This document shows, piece after piece, positions 19,156 to 28,017 of a stretch of DNA of 51,012 bases. Made by a program: the position numbers and the translations under genes. The notes below the pieces were generated by a model. It saw only the letters and a program-made list of their open reading frames with translations, did not search any database and was not told the origin of the DNA. The DNA is taken from NCBI GenBank assembly GCA_964519405.1, contig CAZFLA010000008.1, forward strand, positions 11,153-62,164, read 5' to 3'. How positions within the stretch are numbered: the stretch's first letter is position 1; each line of letters starts with the position of its first letter. The stretch is from an uncultured bacterium (lineage in GTDB: Bacteria; Armatimonadota; HRBIN16).

Positions 19156-21861
19156 ATGAGTATTACCTGTAAGAAGAACGGCATAGTGCCTGTATTGGCA
19201 CGAACAGCTGCTGCTGTGACTATGCTATTTGTCGGAACTGCGAATTCATGGGCGATCATGTCGCCCATAGTTCCGATAAAGGTGTCCGATGATAAGCTAT
19301 CGGCATCATCGTATAGAATTTTAGTGCGCAACGAAAAAATTGAGTTCGCTCAAGGTACAGGAAATCAGGTTGCCCACTTCTCCGATGGAACTAATCCTAT
19401 TATGGAGGACTGTGCCGGACGCATTTCTATGGGCACAGTTTCAGGTGCAGGTTTTACATCGGAAGATGACAATCTCGCACTGCATGGAATGCACAGTTGG
19501 CCTGCGGGCAACGCCAGTTATATTGACGTTGGAACGGGCACAACGGCTGCTGATATGACATGGACCATGTATGGCGGTGACGGTGCTTGGTCAACAAGCC
19601 CGTTCCTAGACCAAACAAAAAGGCTCATGACCAGCAGTTGGACTGTTGACGGTGTTCTCGTCACACAGAGTGTGGAATTAATAGGTTCATGGGCTAAGAT
19701 CTCATGGAAGCTGACCAACAACAACACTGAAGGCCGTTATGTAAATATGCGCATGACACTGTCTCAGATGTTGAACCTAATGAATATTCCATATGTAGCT
19801 ATTCCTGGATATGGCGTAGTTAAATCAGATACGACAATCTCTGGAGCTAATATGCCTTCAGAATTGAGTATTTTGCCATCTCAACAGGCAGTTGCTCCTG
19901 AGTTAAAGATACTTTTCAAGGGAAACAATCTTGCTGAACCCAGCTTGATTCAAGTCGGTGATCACTCACTTCCTGGTGGGGGACGACTTGGTGATGGTAT
20001 GGATCCTAACGGAGCTGTGCCTTCGCATCCAATTGGGTGGCTAGGTGCACGAGTAACATTTAAGCCAACAACCGTTGCTGCAGGTGCCTCTGTAACAATG
20101 AGCACCATGATCGGTTTAGGATCAAGCAGCTTAAACGCACCTAGCGGCAGCAAGTTCTCTGCAGAGACAGAGTGCCGTCGTTCTGTGAGCTTGAATTCCT
20201 CTATCGCAGGATATTATGATCCATCCACCATGGATATATATGGTTATACAACCAACCTGCATGATGAAACACAGAATCGCTCACTTAGCAATGTAAAAAT
20301 GACAATCAGCCTTCCAAAAGGTCTAAAGCTGGTTTCGGGGCAGAGTCTTGCTCAAACAATCGACACAGTCGAACGTGCTGAAACCAAAGGCGTAAGCTGG
20401 AAAGTTCAGCCGGACGGAACTGCATACGGGGATCTTGAGTATTCGGTCACTGTTACATGGGATCAAGTTACACATATAGTAACTCGTAAAGTATTTGTGC
20501 CAATGATTCCTCAAACCGATGTGTCTTCCGTGTATCAACTGAAAAGTTTCGGATACTCGTTTAGCAACCCATCTCCAGCTACAGTATTGGGCGTTGCTGA
20601 TGGAAGTGCATTATCCGAGACATATGATATGTTTGGTTGGGACAACAGCGCACAGAAGTATGTAGCCGGTGATGGACTTACGGAAATCTCCCCTGCTACT
20701 GGCTACTGGCTGCGTGTTAGAAATTCCGAAGATGCAGGCATCAAGCCATTGTATGGTGCAATCGAATCAGGAGACCCATTTGGTACATCTCCATATCGAG
20801 TGAACCTACCGGCTGTGATGAAAGGTTGGACATTAATTGGCAACCCATATCCATATAGCGTGGCTGTGGGCAACCTGAAGATCTTCGATCGATCTACACA
20901 GAACACTCTGACAATCGCCGATGCCGTTACACAAGGTAAAGTGCGAGGCACCATATTTAGATGGCAGCCGAAGAGCGGCTCTTATAATGGTGGATATCAG
21001 TCAGTATCAATCGTGGCTCAACCTGGGGAACTAATGAAGCCAGGCGATGGTTACTGGATGTATATCTCAGGTAAATATTTAGGTCTTGAGTATTACGGCT
21101 CCAGCGTAACTGGTGCTACTCAAACACTAACCACACCAAAAAGCGCATCTAATGGCTGGCGAGTGACCGTCGGCGGATCGGTTGCCGGTATAGCTGGCGG
21201 CGAAGTGGCCGTTGGCGGCAGCGCATCTGCAAGTGATACCGAAGATGGTTTAGATACACCTGTCCCACCAGCAAGTCCTGAAACAGCAATACAGATGAGT
21301 TTAGGCGGAGGTCTTTCAGAAGACATCCGAACACTTACCGGACGAAAAGTATGGGACTTAACGGTGAGTGCTCCGCAGGGAACGGACAGTGTCAATCTTC
21401 AGTGGAATGGCATGAAGAGTGTTCCATCTAACGTACGTCTAACGCTTGTAGACAGCAGTACTGGACGCAGCAGAGATATGCGCGGTAACAGCAGCTACGT
21501 AGTAGATATGAGCGGAAAGACCACAAAAACTCTAAAAGTAGTGGCTGAACCGGCAGGAAGTTCGGCTCTGCGAATCAGCAGTGTAAGAGTTGGACGGACC
21601 CGAGCCGGATCTGTTCAGTTGAGTTATAACTTATCCGATAACGCAACCTGCAGCGTGCGAGTCATGGGTGCAAATGGCAGCGAAGTAACAACACTAGCTG
21701 CTGCAGGATCCAATACCCGCGGAGTCAATACCATCACGTGGAATGGACATGATGCACAAGGTGTCAACGTACCGGCTGGTGCTTACCTCATGGAAATCAC
21801 AGCCAGTACGGAAGACGGTCAGACTGCAAAAACCGTTCAACCTGTAATAATGACACGCTAA
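19156..21861 (+). CDS. Secreted 901-aa protein, orphan N-terminal region plus shared C-terminal cassette
   Basis: Starts 15 nt after the protease stop, with GGAGGA SD. Signal peptide ...FVGTANSWA. Contains KGWTLIGNPYPY and GDGYWMY motifs. The terminal domain ...ITWNGHDAQGVNVPAGAYLMEI...QPVIMTR is FlgD-Ig-like. Confidence 0.8.
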   Translation: MSITCKKNGIVPVLARTAAAVTMLFVGTANSWAIMSPIVPIKVSDDKLSASSYRILVRNEKIEFAQGTGNQVAHFSDGTNPIMEDCAGRISMGTVSGAGFTSEDDNLALHGMHSWPAGNASYIDVGTGTTAADMTWTMYGGDGAWSTSPFLDQTKRLMTSSWTVDGVLVTQSVELIGSWAKISWKLTNNNTEGRYVNMRMTLSQMLNLMNIPYVAIPGYGVVKSDTTISGANMPSELSILPSQQAVAPELKILFKGNNLAEPSLIQVGDHSLPGGGRLGDGMDPNGAVPSHPIGWLGARVTFKPTTVAAGASVTMSTMIGLGSSSLNAPSGSKFSAETECRRSVSLNSSIAGYYDPSTMDIYGYTTNLHDETQNRSLSNVKMTISLPKGLKLVSGQSLAQTIDTVERAETKGVSWKVQPDGTAYGDLEYSVTVTWDQVTHIVTRKVFVPMIPQTDVSSVYQLKSFGYSFSNPSPATVLGVADGSALSETYDMFGWDNSAQKYVAGDGLTEISPATGYWLRVRNSEDAGIKPLYGAIESGDPFGTSPYRVNLPAVMKGWTLIGNPYPYSVAVGNLKIFDRSTQNTLTIADAVTQGKVRGTIFRWQPKSGSYNGGYQSVSIVAQPGELMKPGDGYWMYISGKYLGLEYYGSSVTGATQTLTTPKSASNGWRVTVGGSVAGIAGGEVAVGGSASASDTEDGLDTPVPPASPETAIQMSLGGGLSEDIRTLTGRKVWDLTVSAPQGTDSVNLQWNGMKSVPSNVRLTLVDSSTGRSRDMRGNSSYVVDMSGKTTKTLKVVAEPAGSSALRISSVRVGRTRAGSVQLSYNLSDNATCSVRVMGANGSEVTTLAAAGSNTRGVNTITWNGHDAQGVNVPAGAYLMEITASTEDGQTAKTVQPVIMTR

Positions 21862-21884
21862 CGGTAACGAGGAGTATTTAAGAG

Positions 21885-24800
21885 ATGATACAATCCAGAA
21901 AACTCTGGACCCGTTTACGGTACTTAATGTGCTTGGTGTTCATGATGTCCCTATACCTTAGTATAGGGACTCGGAATGCACAAGCAACGCCGAAACTGTC
22001 GTGGGGCGGTGATCTTGTTACCCCTCACCATAATCATTCGGTAATCGGATGGGGTGAATATGCGACAGGTGCAGGATGTGATGGTACTATTGCATCATGG
22101 TTTGTCATATATGGTCCAACAATATTACCTGATGCTGCTGATGAGATTGTCACAGATGTCAGGTTGTATGCTGGTGGCTCGTATAACAAGGAATCAAATC
22201 CCCCATATGTTAATTTTATTGGATCTCTGTATAGCCCATCATGGGTGATACGTGGAGATGCACTTGGATCTGGAACGTTAAGAATCGAGATCACATGGCA
22301 TAAGGGAACCGGAGCTGACCAATATTTGCGAAGCGATTTTCCTGCTCCATTTACGAATGTTGTAGTATCAGGAAGTCATGCTCAGCTTTTCAGACAAGCG
22401 TTATGGCCCGATCGATCAACATCGCCACAGGTACAAAATGACCCACTTCTAATCGTCCAGAATGGCCAAGACATTCGAGGACGAGACGAAGGAAGTAGTT
22501 CATCGGTATATGAGTTCCGTATTCGTTATCGGCACCCGGGAGGATTACCGCCATTTGCTAGTGGTTTGTTCAAGGCAGATGGAGGGTATCCTACTGGATA
22601 TAGATATAAGGATGGATTTACCGCATCAGGATCACAGGCATTTAAAAAGTGGGTGCCTGATATTAACAATCAAGGTGGTAATGGTTCAGTACCACTGAGA
22701 AATGGTGTCGCTGTTGTATTTGGCAGCAAAAACCCGAATATCGTTCAGAACCTTCAGGGCATATACCACTATATGCAAGCAGTAAAATATGATGGCACAA
22801 AAATGGTGCCCTATAGTCCTACTTCGGCTGACTATGCATCTAATGATGGTGTAATCTACCGATGGAGATGGGAACCCGGACATTCTGAGAACAACAATGG
22901 ACAAGCTGGAAGGCCGGGTTTCTTCCCAGGTACTGTTGGTGATAACCGGTTTGGTGTAGGTTTCGAAAACATTACAGGTAAAGACTTCCAGAGCAGCATG
23001 AATGGGTATCAGTTCAGTGCCGGATCGGAATATTTCCCTGCATTTGATGATACTATGCCTCAAGCGGCTTGGTTTAGAAGTGTTAAACCTGGAATTCTTG
23101 ATGATAACCCAGATACAAAGGAACCATGGGATCCGCGCGTGGCTCCTAATGGAGAAGTTATCCCTAACTACCCACTTCCGGCAACAGAGAATCCAAAGAT
23201 ACTTACGAGCCTTTGGGGTGCTGACTGGAGTTCGAGTGTATCCAACTGGTTGTATCTAGGTACTATATCTGCTGGTGCTAAGTCCACCCGTGACTTAGTA
23301 AATCCCGACAAGGATTTAGTTACGCGCCAAGGTCCGTTCCATCCACTAGCATCTGGATATACCCAGATGAACAGGAATATCATCTTCGATACCCCTAATG
23401 AAAGTGGATCGAACCGTGAGATATCCCTACTAAAGAACCAAGTTCCTGTGTTCTATGGAACAAAGGCTGGCGAATATGTCTTTAACATTCGTTATTGGGG
23501 CCAAAATATTCCGTCATCAATCTATGTAGTAATTAAGAACCGCGTAACGAATTTAACACGAAGGATCCCGTTGACACTAACTGCAGTCCCAGGAGAAATC
23601 ATTATAGATTCTGTGAGTGCTAAAGCAGCGTTAATACCTTCAAATGCGGGAGATACATATTCGGCCACAGTCAACTTGAGTGACATGGTTGGTTCCAATG
23701 AGTATTATTTTGAAGCTACAGATGGTGATAGGATAGTTAACTATCCCGTTCGAAATTCGGACGATCCTATGTGGCCATCACAGAATGTGTTCGTTGGACC
23801 ATATGTGAATAATCCACCTTCGATTAGTAACATTAGCGTTTCTCCTTCAACAGGAACGTATAACGACAAGATTACCTTTAAGGTGACCTACAGCGATCCT
23901 GATAAGCAGCGTCCACAGCGATATCGACTATGGCTGAAGGTTAAGCCGTATACCGTGACCGATGGTGGAAAGACATTTACAACTGAGTGGCGTTCATTCA
24001 TTATGAACCCAGTAGACCCAATCCCTGCTACTTCCGATAACGAGGTTCTTTCGAGCCCGCAACTGGTAGATTGGGACAAGGGCGTTCAGTTTGAATACAC
24101 AGTAGATGCTAATACTGAGCTGTGGTCACTTGGCGATGCCAAGAGTATGACCGGCAAGTATTTCTTCGAGTTCATGGATAGTTGGGGTGACCCCGCTGAC
24201 CCAGCTTGGAAGAACCCGCTTGACTACTTGACTTCCAACGTTCCTGGTGAAGTTGTTGTTAGCCCAGCAGGTACATGGATCGACAAAAACAACGACAACA
24301 GAATTAACTATTCTACAACAGATAGTGAAATTATCGCTGATGTCGCTGCTAATGGTCCTACCATTCAAATCGAAGTTAAGCCATATGTGGTGATGCCATC
24401 AACAACAGTAGGCGCCGAAATCGACTGGGCACCTGCAGCTGATGTTCTCGGTGGTGAAGATAAGAACGAGATTATTAGTGGAACACCTCGTGTTGCCGTC
24501 TATACAAAATACGTTCAGAAGAACGCACGTGCTGCATCTAACGTCACTGTTGAAACCGCTCCGTTAAGTGACAATGAAATTCTTAACGAGAAGTGGAAAG
24601 ATGCCTCTTGGAAGCCTTCAAGTGCATCTACAACAGTCGTTGCAGCAGCAACCGATACATCAACAGATTACGTGAATGGTAAGGGATACAAAGCCCTATT
24701 ACCTGACATCGCCACTAACAACTATGTCTATCGCGTACAAGCTACTAATAACGCATCAGATGAGTTTGGAAGTGTCGTTGGCCCATGGCAGCGTGTTACC

Positions 24801-27131
24801 AAAGCCATAGCTATTACAGAGCCTACTCTTGGCTTAAAAGACGCATTGGATGCTGATGTTGTTGCTGAAGCGCCAGCTTCTGGTGATGACAAAACAACAT
24901 ATACATTCCGTGTTGTTTATAAAGACACACTAGGCTTAGGCCCAGGCACAAAAGACGGTGCATTCGTCAACATGCTGATCGGCATTAACAAGATGTCCTT
25001 CCCGATGTCTGCAGTAAAAGCCGACGGAACAGCTTATACACCAACCTCAGACGACTATATCGCAGGTGTTATCTTCCAAGTGAAGTTGACTCCAGATGAT
25101 GTTGCTAAGATTGGTCTTGGGCAGCATGACTATTCATTCATAGCGAATAACGGCACAAAAGACGCTGTTGCTCTAACAGGAGCTTCGAAGGTTACTATCA
25201 ACCAGTTTGATAAGTTGAGCGCTGCTGGAGTGTCAGTATTGCGCGATGCTGAAACAAACGCAATAACAGGTTACACCTTCCGTGTAACTTATACCGACGC
25301 TCAGGGCAGCAAGCCAATTGGCGGTATCGAGCAGGTCAACGTAACTGTTGGCGGTAAGACATTCCCAATGGATACTGAAGCTGCTGGTATCAACTACGTT
25401 AGCGGTGGAATGCTCAGCAAGACAGTTGCTGCTTCCGATCTGCCACAAGATGTAGTTGTGCGCAATGCATACTTCAGATTTGGTGAAGGAGTTGGACAAC
25501 TTACAATTAGTGGTCTCGCATCACTAGTTAAGACCAGTTCGTCTGTCTCTTACACATCAGTTCAGAACCAACTGCCAGTTAAGTTCAACGTTAAATACGT
25601 TGGCGGCGTCAGCAATGATGCTCCTATGGCCGACAGCATGAAAGTTACTATTAAGAGTGCTTCAGCTACCAAGAGCTTCCCACTGACAATATCTGGTAAC
25701 GCACCTACCGATTGGACTAAGGGTGCTGCCTATACAGCAACTATCAGCAGCGACGAGTTCTTTACTGCTGGTGACTACACCTTCACCTTCAATGGAATGG
25801 ACAGCAACGGTTTAAGTTTGGAACTAAGTAATACGGCATTCAAGTTTAGTATTGCTTCAATTCCAACATCAACCTTCGATATAGAAGCTGGATTAGATCT
25901 CGTTGCACTGCCATTAGTGCCAAGCAGTTCTGTGCTTGCTGACTTCATCGGTATCGATCCTGCAACTATCAATGCCATGACATATACTGGCAGCAGCAAT
26001 GCACCATATGCAGCAGCTGTAACAGCAGATGCCAACAGTGGTTATTGGATTAAACCTGCAGCCGCAATGACCTTGACACTTAAGGGCAGCCAGTCCGATC
26101 AAAACGCAGCACAGAGCTACACTCTGCGCAAGGGCTGGAACCTTATTGGTGTTCAGTTTATCAATGGTGCAGCGCTGGCCGATGCCACCATCACCATTGG
26201 CGGTGTTACCACAAGCCTGGCACAAGCTGGTCTGCAAGACAGTGTTGGTAACTGGGCATGGGGATACAACAAGACGAGTGGTTCGTATAAACTCGTGGAC
26301 GGTAGAAATGGTAATGCCGGTGTATTGAACATCGGACGTGGTTACTGGATTTACAGCTGGGTAGAAGGCGCTGTATTGAAGCTTTATGCTCAGTCAGGTG
26401 TTGCCCCTGCATCAGTTGCGAAATCCAACGTGACGGTTGATTGGGCAGCAAACCTAAAAGCCACTTGCGGTGACCGCAGCGATACAGCAACCATCGGTGT
26501 TGCATCACAGGCAAGTCGAACTCTGAAGCCAGCCGCTTTAGCTGAGTATGTTCAGATCGTTCTGAACAGCAATGGTCTCGTAGCTGGTGAAGATATTCGA
26601 CGAACTGGCAACCTAACCAATGTATACACATTTGACGTCATTACTGACCAACAGAATCAGCCTGTAACTATTCAGCTTGACGGAATAGCTAGACTAGCTG
26701 GAAAATATGACGTAATGTTAACAGACATCTCCGGTAATGTTACAAGAAGCCTAACTGGATCTGGCAGCTATACATTCAACAGTGGAGCAGCAGCAAAACG
26801 CAGCTTCAAGGTAACTGTTGGACCTAGAAGCAATCAGAGCCCTGTTATTACAGCACTTCGTGTAGCTAAAACCCGTGGTGGTGTAGCACAGATCAGTTTT
26901 GGTCTGAGCAATAATGCAACAACTACTGTCGAAGTAATGGATGTCACCGGTCAACTTGTTAAGCAGCTTAATTCAAGCAGCGTAAGCAAGGGCACCAACA
27001 CTGTTACATGGGACGGCCGCAACCAAGCTGGTGTATCAGTGCCGGCTGGTGCTTATATCGTGAAGGTAAGAGCAGATTCGGAAGATGGCAGCTCTAGCCA
27101 AGCGATGAGCCCCTTCGTGGTAGTTCGCTAA
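21885..27131 (+). CDS. Secreted 1748-aa giant protein with internal repeat modules and the shared C-terminal cassette
   Basis: Starts 23 nt after the previous stop, with GAGGAG SD. Signal peptide ...IGTRNAQA. Four modules of the type T-(Y/F)-T-F-(R/K)-V-x-Y-x-D lie at about 23.8-25.7 kb. Contains KGWNLIGVQ and GRGYWIY motifs. The terminal domain is ...VTWDGRNQAGVSVPAGAYIVKV...SPFVVVR. Confidence 0.8.
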   Translation: MIQSRKLWTRLRYLMCLVFMMSLYLSIGTRNAQATPKLSWGGDLVTPHHNHSVIGWGEYATGAGCDGTIASWFVIYGPTILPDAADEIVTDVRLYAGGSYNKESNPPYVNFIGSLYSPSWVIRGDALGSGTLRIEITWHKGTGADQYLRSDFPAPFTNVVVSGSHAQLFRQALWPDRSTSPQVQNDPLLIVQNGQDIRGRDEGSSSSVYEFRIRYRHPGGLPPFASGLFKADGGYPTGYRYKDGFTASGSQAFKKWVPDINNQGGNGSVPLRNGVAVVFGSKNPNIVQNLQGIYHYMQAVKYDGTKMVPYSPTSADYASNDGVIYRWRWEPGHSENNNGQAGRPGFFPGTVGDNRFGVGFENITGKDFQSSMNGYQFSAGSEYFPAFDDTMPQAAWFRSVKPGILDDNPDTKEPWDPRVAPNGEVIPNYPLPATENPKILTSLWGADWSSSVSNWLYLGTISAGAKSTRDLVNPDKDLVTRQGPFHPLASGYTQMNRNIIFDTPNESGSNREISLLKNQVPVFYGTKAGEYVFNIRYWGQNIPSSIYVVIKNRVTNLTRRIPLTLTAVPGEIIIDSVSAKAALIPSNAGDTYSATVNLSDMVGSNEYYFEATDGDRIVNYPVRNSDDPMWPSQNVFVGPYVNNPPSISNISVSPSTGTYNDKITFKVTYSDPDKQRPQRYRLWLKVKPYTVTDGGKTFTTEWRSFIMNPVDPIPATSDNEVLSSPQLVDWDKGVQFEYTVDANTELWSLGDAKSMTGKYFFEFMDSWGDPADPAWKNPLDYLTSNVPGEVVVSPAGTWIDKNNDNRINYSTTDSEIIADVAANGPTIQIEVKPYVVMPSTTVGAEIDWAPAADVLGGEDKNEIISGTPRVAVYTKYVQKNARAASNVTVETAPLSDNEILNEKWKDASWKPSSASTTVVAAATDTSTDYVNGKGYKALLPDIATNNYVYRVQATNNASDEFGSVVGPWQRVTKAIAITEPTLGLKDALDADVVAEAPASGDDKTTYTFRVVYKDTLGLGPGTKDGAFVNMLIGINKMSFPMSAVKADGTAYTPTSDDYIAGVIFQVKLTPDDVAKIGLGQHDYSFIANNGTKDAVALTGASKVTINQFDKLSAAGVSVLRDAETNAITGYTFRVTYTDAQGSKPIGGIEQVNVTVGGKTFPMDTEAAGINYVSGGMLSKTVAASDLPQDVVVRNAYFRFGEGVGQLTISGLASLVKTSSSVSYTSVQNQLPVKFNVKYVGGVSNDAPMADSMKVTIKSASATKSFPLTISGNAPTDWTKGAAYTATISSDEFFTAGDYTFTFNGMDSNGLSLELSNTAFKFSIASIPTSTFDIEAGLDLVALPLVPSSSVLADFIGIDPATINAMTYTGSSNAPYAAAVTADANSGYWIKPAAAMTLTLKGSQSDQNAAQSYTLRKGWNLIGVQFINGAALADATITIGGVTTSLAQAGLQDSVGNWAWGYNKTSGSYKLVDGRNGNAGVLNIGRGYWIYSWVEGAVLKLYAQSGVAPASVAKSNVTVDWAANLKATCGDRSDTATIGVASQASRTLKPAALAEYVQIVLNSNGLVAGEDIRRTGNLTNVYTFDVITDQQNQPVTIQLDGIARLAGKYDVMLTDISGNVTRSLTGSGSYTFNSGAAAKRSFKVTVGPRSNQSPVITALRVAKTRGGVAQISFGLSNNATTTVEVMDVTGQLVKQLNSSSVSKGTNTVTWDGRNQAGVSVPAGAYIVKVRADSEDGSSSQAMSPFVVVR

Positions 27132-27142
27132 AACGAAGATCT

Positions 27143-27168
27143 GGATGACCGACTTCGGTCGGTCATCC
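27143..27168 (+). terminator. Strong hairpin terminator closing the three-gene operon
   Basis: Perfect 11-bp stem ggatgaccgac / gtcggtcatcc with a ttcg tetraloop. The downstream T tract is weak (aaacatttg). Confidence 0.65.
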
Positions 27169-27233
27169 AAACATTTGCAATCATCATACATGTGAGAGAT
27201 TTATAATACTCTCATCGGTAAGGAGATATCTGG

Positions 27234-28001
27234 ATGAATATCAATCGACGGTCGACCGTCTCCCAATTGACCATCGTGATGGCAATGGGTGCACTGCTGG
27301 CTCCTATATTTGGATCAGCAGCAAAAGCAGAAACAGTTCCTGCACCTCAGCCTAAAAAGAGCTTACTGGTGATGCCCGTAGAAAAGAACTACACAGAAGA
27401 AAGCACAGAAAACTTCCTGCGCGATCTCGGTCGTTCAATCCGCGGCGCCGTCAGTATGAACTCCAATATGGATGTTGTAGAATTCACAGAAAAAGACCCA
27501 ACTGTCCAGCGCGCATTAAGCGACAGCTCAATTCGCCGCGAAGACATCAAGAACGCCAGCGAGAATTCCGCTGTTACTGCACGTATCGCGTCTGAACTTG
27601 GTGCTGATTATGCATTGACAACTTCTGTGGACGAGTATGCTTACGATATGGATAAGGGCACTTTATCAGCATCAATTAGCTGCCAGATCGTGGACGTTCG
27701 CAGCAAGAAGGCAACAAAAGTGATTTCGGTTAGTTCCGATATAAAAGGCGACAAATCGCAGTTCCTAGGTGAACTGGAGACTAAGCTTAAAGCTGATCTA
27801 TCCAACAAGGCAGCCGTTGAACTCTTTGGTGCGATGCCTGAAGTTACCGTGACTACAGTCAAGGCAAAGAAGAAGAGTAACAACAATGTACTATGGTGGC
27901 TATTAGGTGCTGGCGTCATCGCAGCAATCGCTGGCAACAGCGGCGGCGGCAGCAGCAGCGGCTCTGGTAACAGCGTGGTTAATCCTCCAGCTACTCCATA
28001 G
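27234..28001 (+). CDS. Secreted TolB-N/LpoB/CsgG-like domain protein with C-terminal hydrophobic helix and Gly/Ser tail (paralogous architecture to 14269-15951)
   Basis: AAGGAG SD. Signal peptide ...IFGSAAKA/ET, with no lipobox Cys. LLVMPVEKN...IASELGADYALTTSVDEY follows the same fold pattern. The C-terminus is KKKSNNN-VLWWLLGAGVIAAIAG-NSGGGSSSGSGNS. Confidence 0.6.
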   Translation: MNINRRSTVSQLTIVMAMGALLAPIFGSAAKAETVPAPQPKKSLLVMPVEKNYTEESTENFLRDLGRSIRGAVSMNSNMDVVEFTEKDPTVQRALSDSSIRREDIKNASENSAVTARIASELGADYALTTSVDEYAYDMDKGTLSASISCQIVDVRSKKATKVISVSSDIKGDKSQFLGELETKLKADLSNKAAVELFGAMPEVTVTTVKAKKKSNNNVLWWLLGAGVIAAIAGNSGGGSSSGSGNSVVNPPATP

Positions 28002-28017
28002 TAATACCTTGTCTAAA

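Noticed and set aside
18847-27128. Calling the shared tails bona fide T9SS C-terminal domains
   Set aside because: The sequence pattern fits the FlgD-Ig-like fold, but I cannot verify a Por_Secre_tail match. No T9SS component is visible in this window. This is kept only as a hypothesis to test.
27907-28017. ORF-track start at 27907, giving a 683-aa product that overlaps the upstream gene by 95 nt
   Set aside because: The extension is poly-Ala/Leu read from the other gene's Gly/Ser-coding tail. The GTG at 28018 gives a proper signal peptide directly after the upstream stop.
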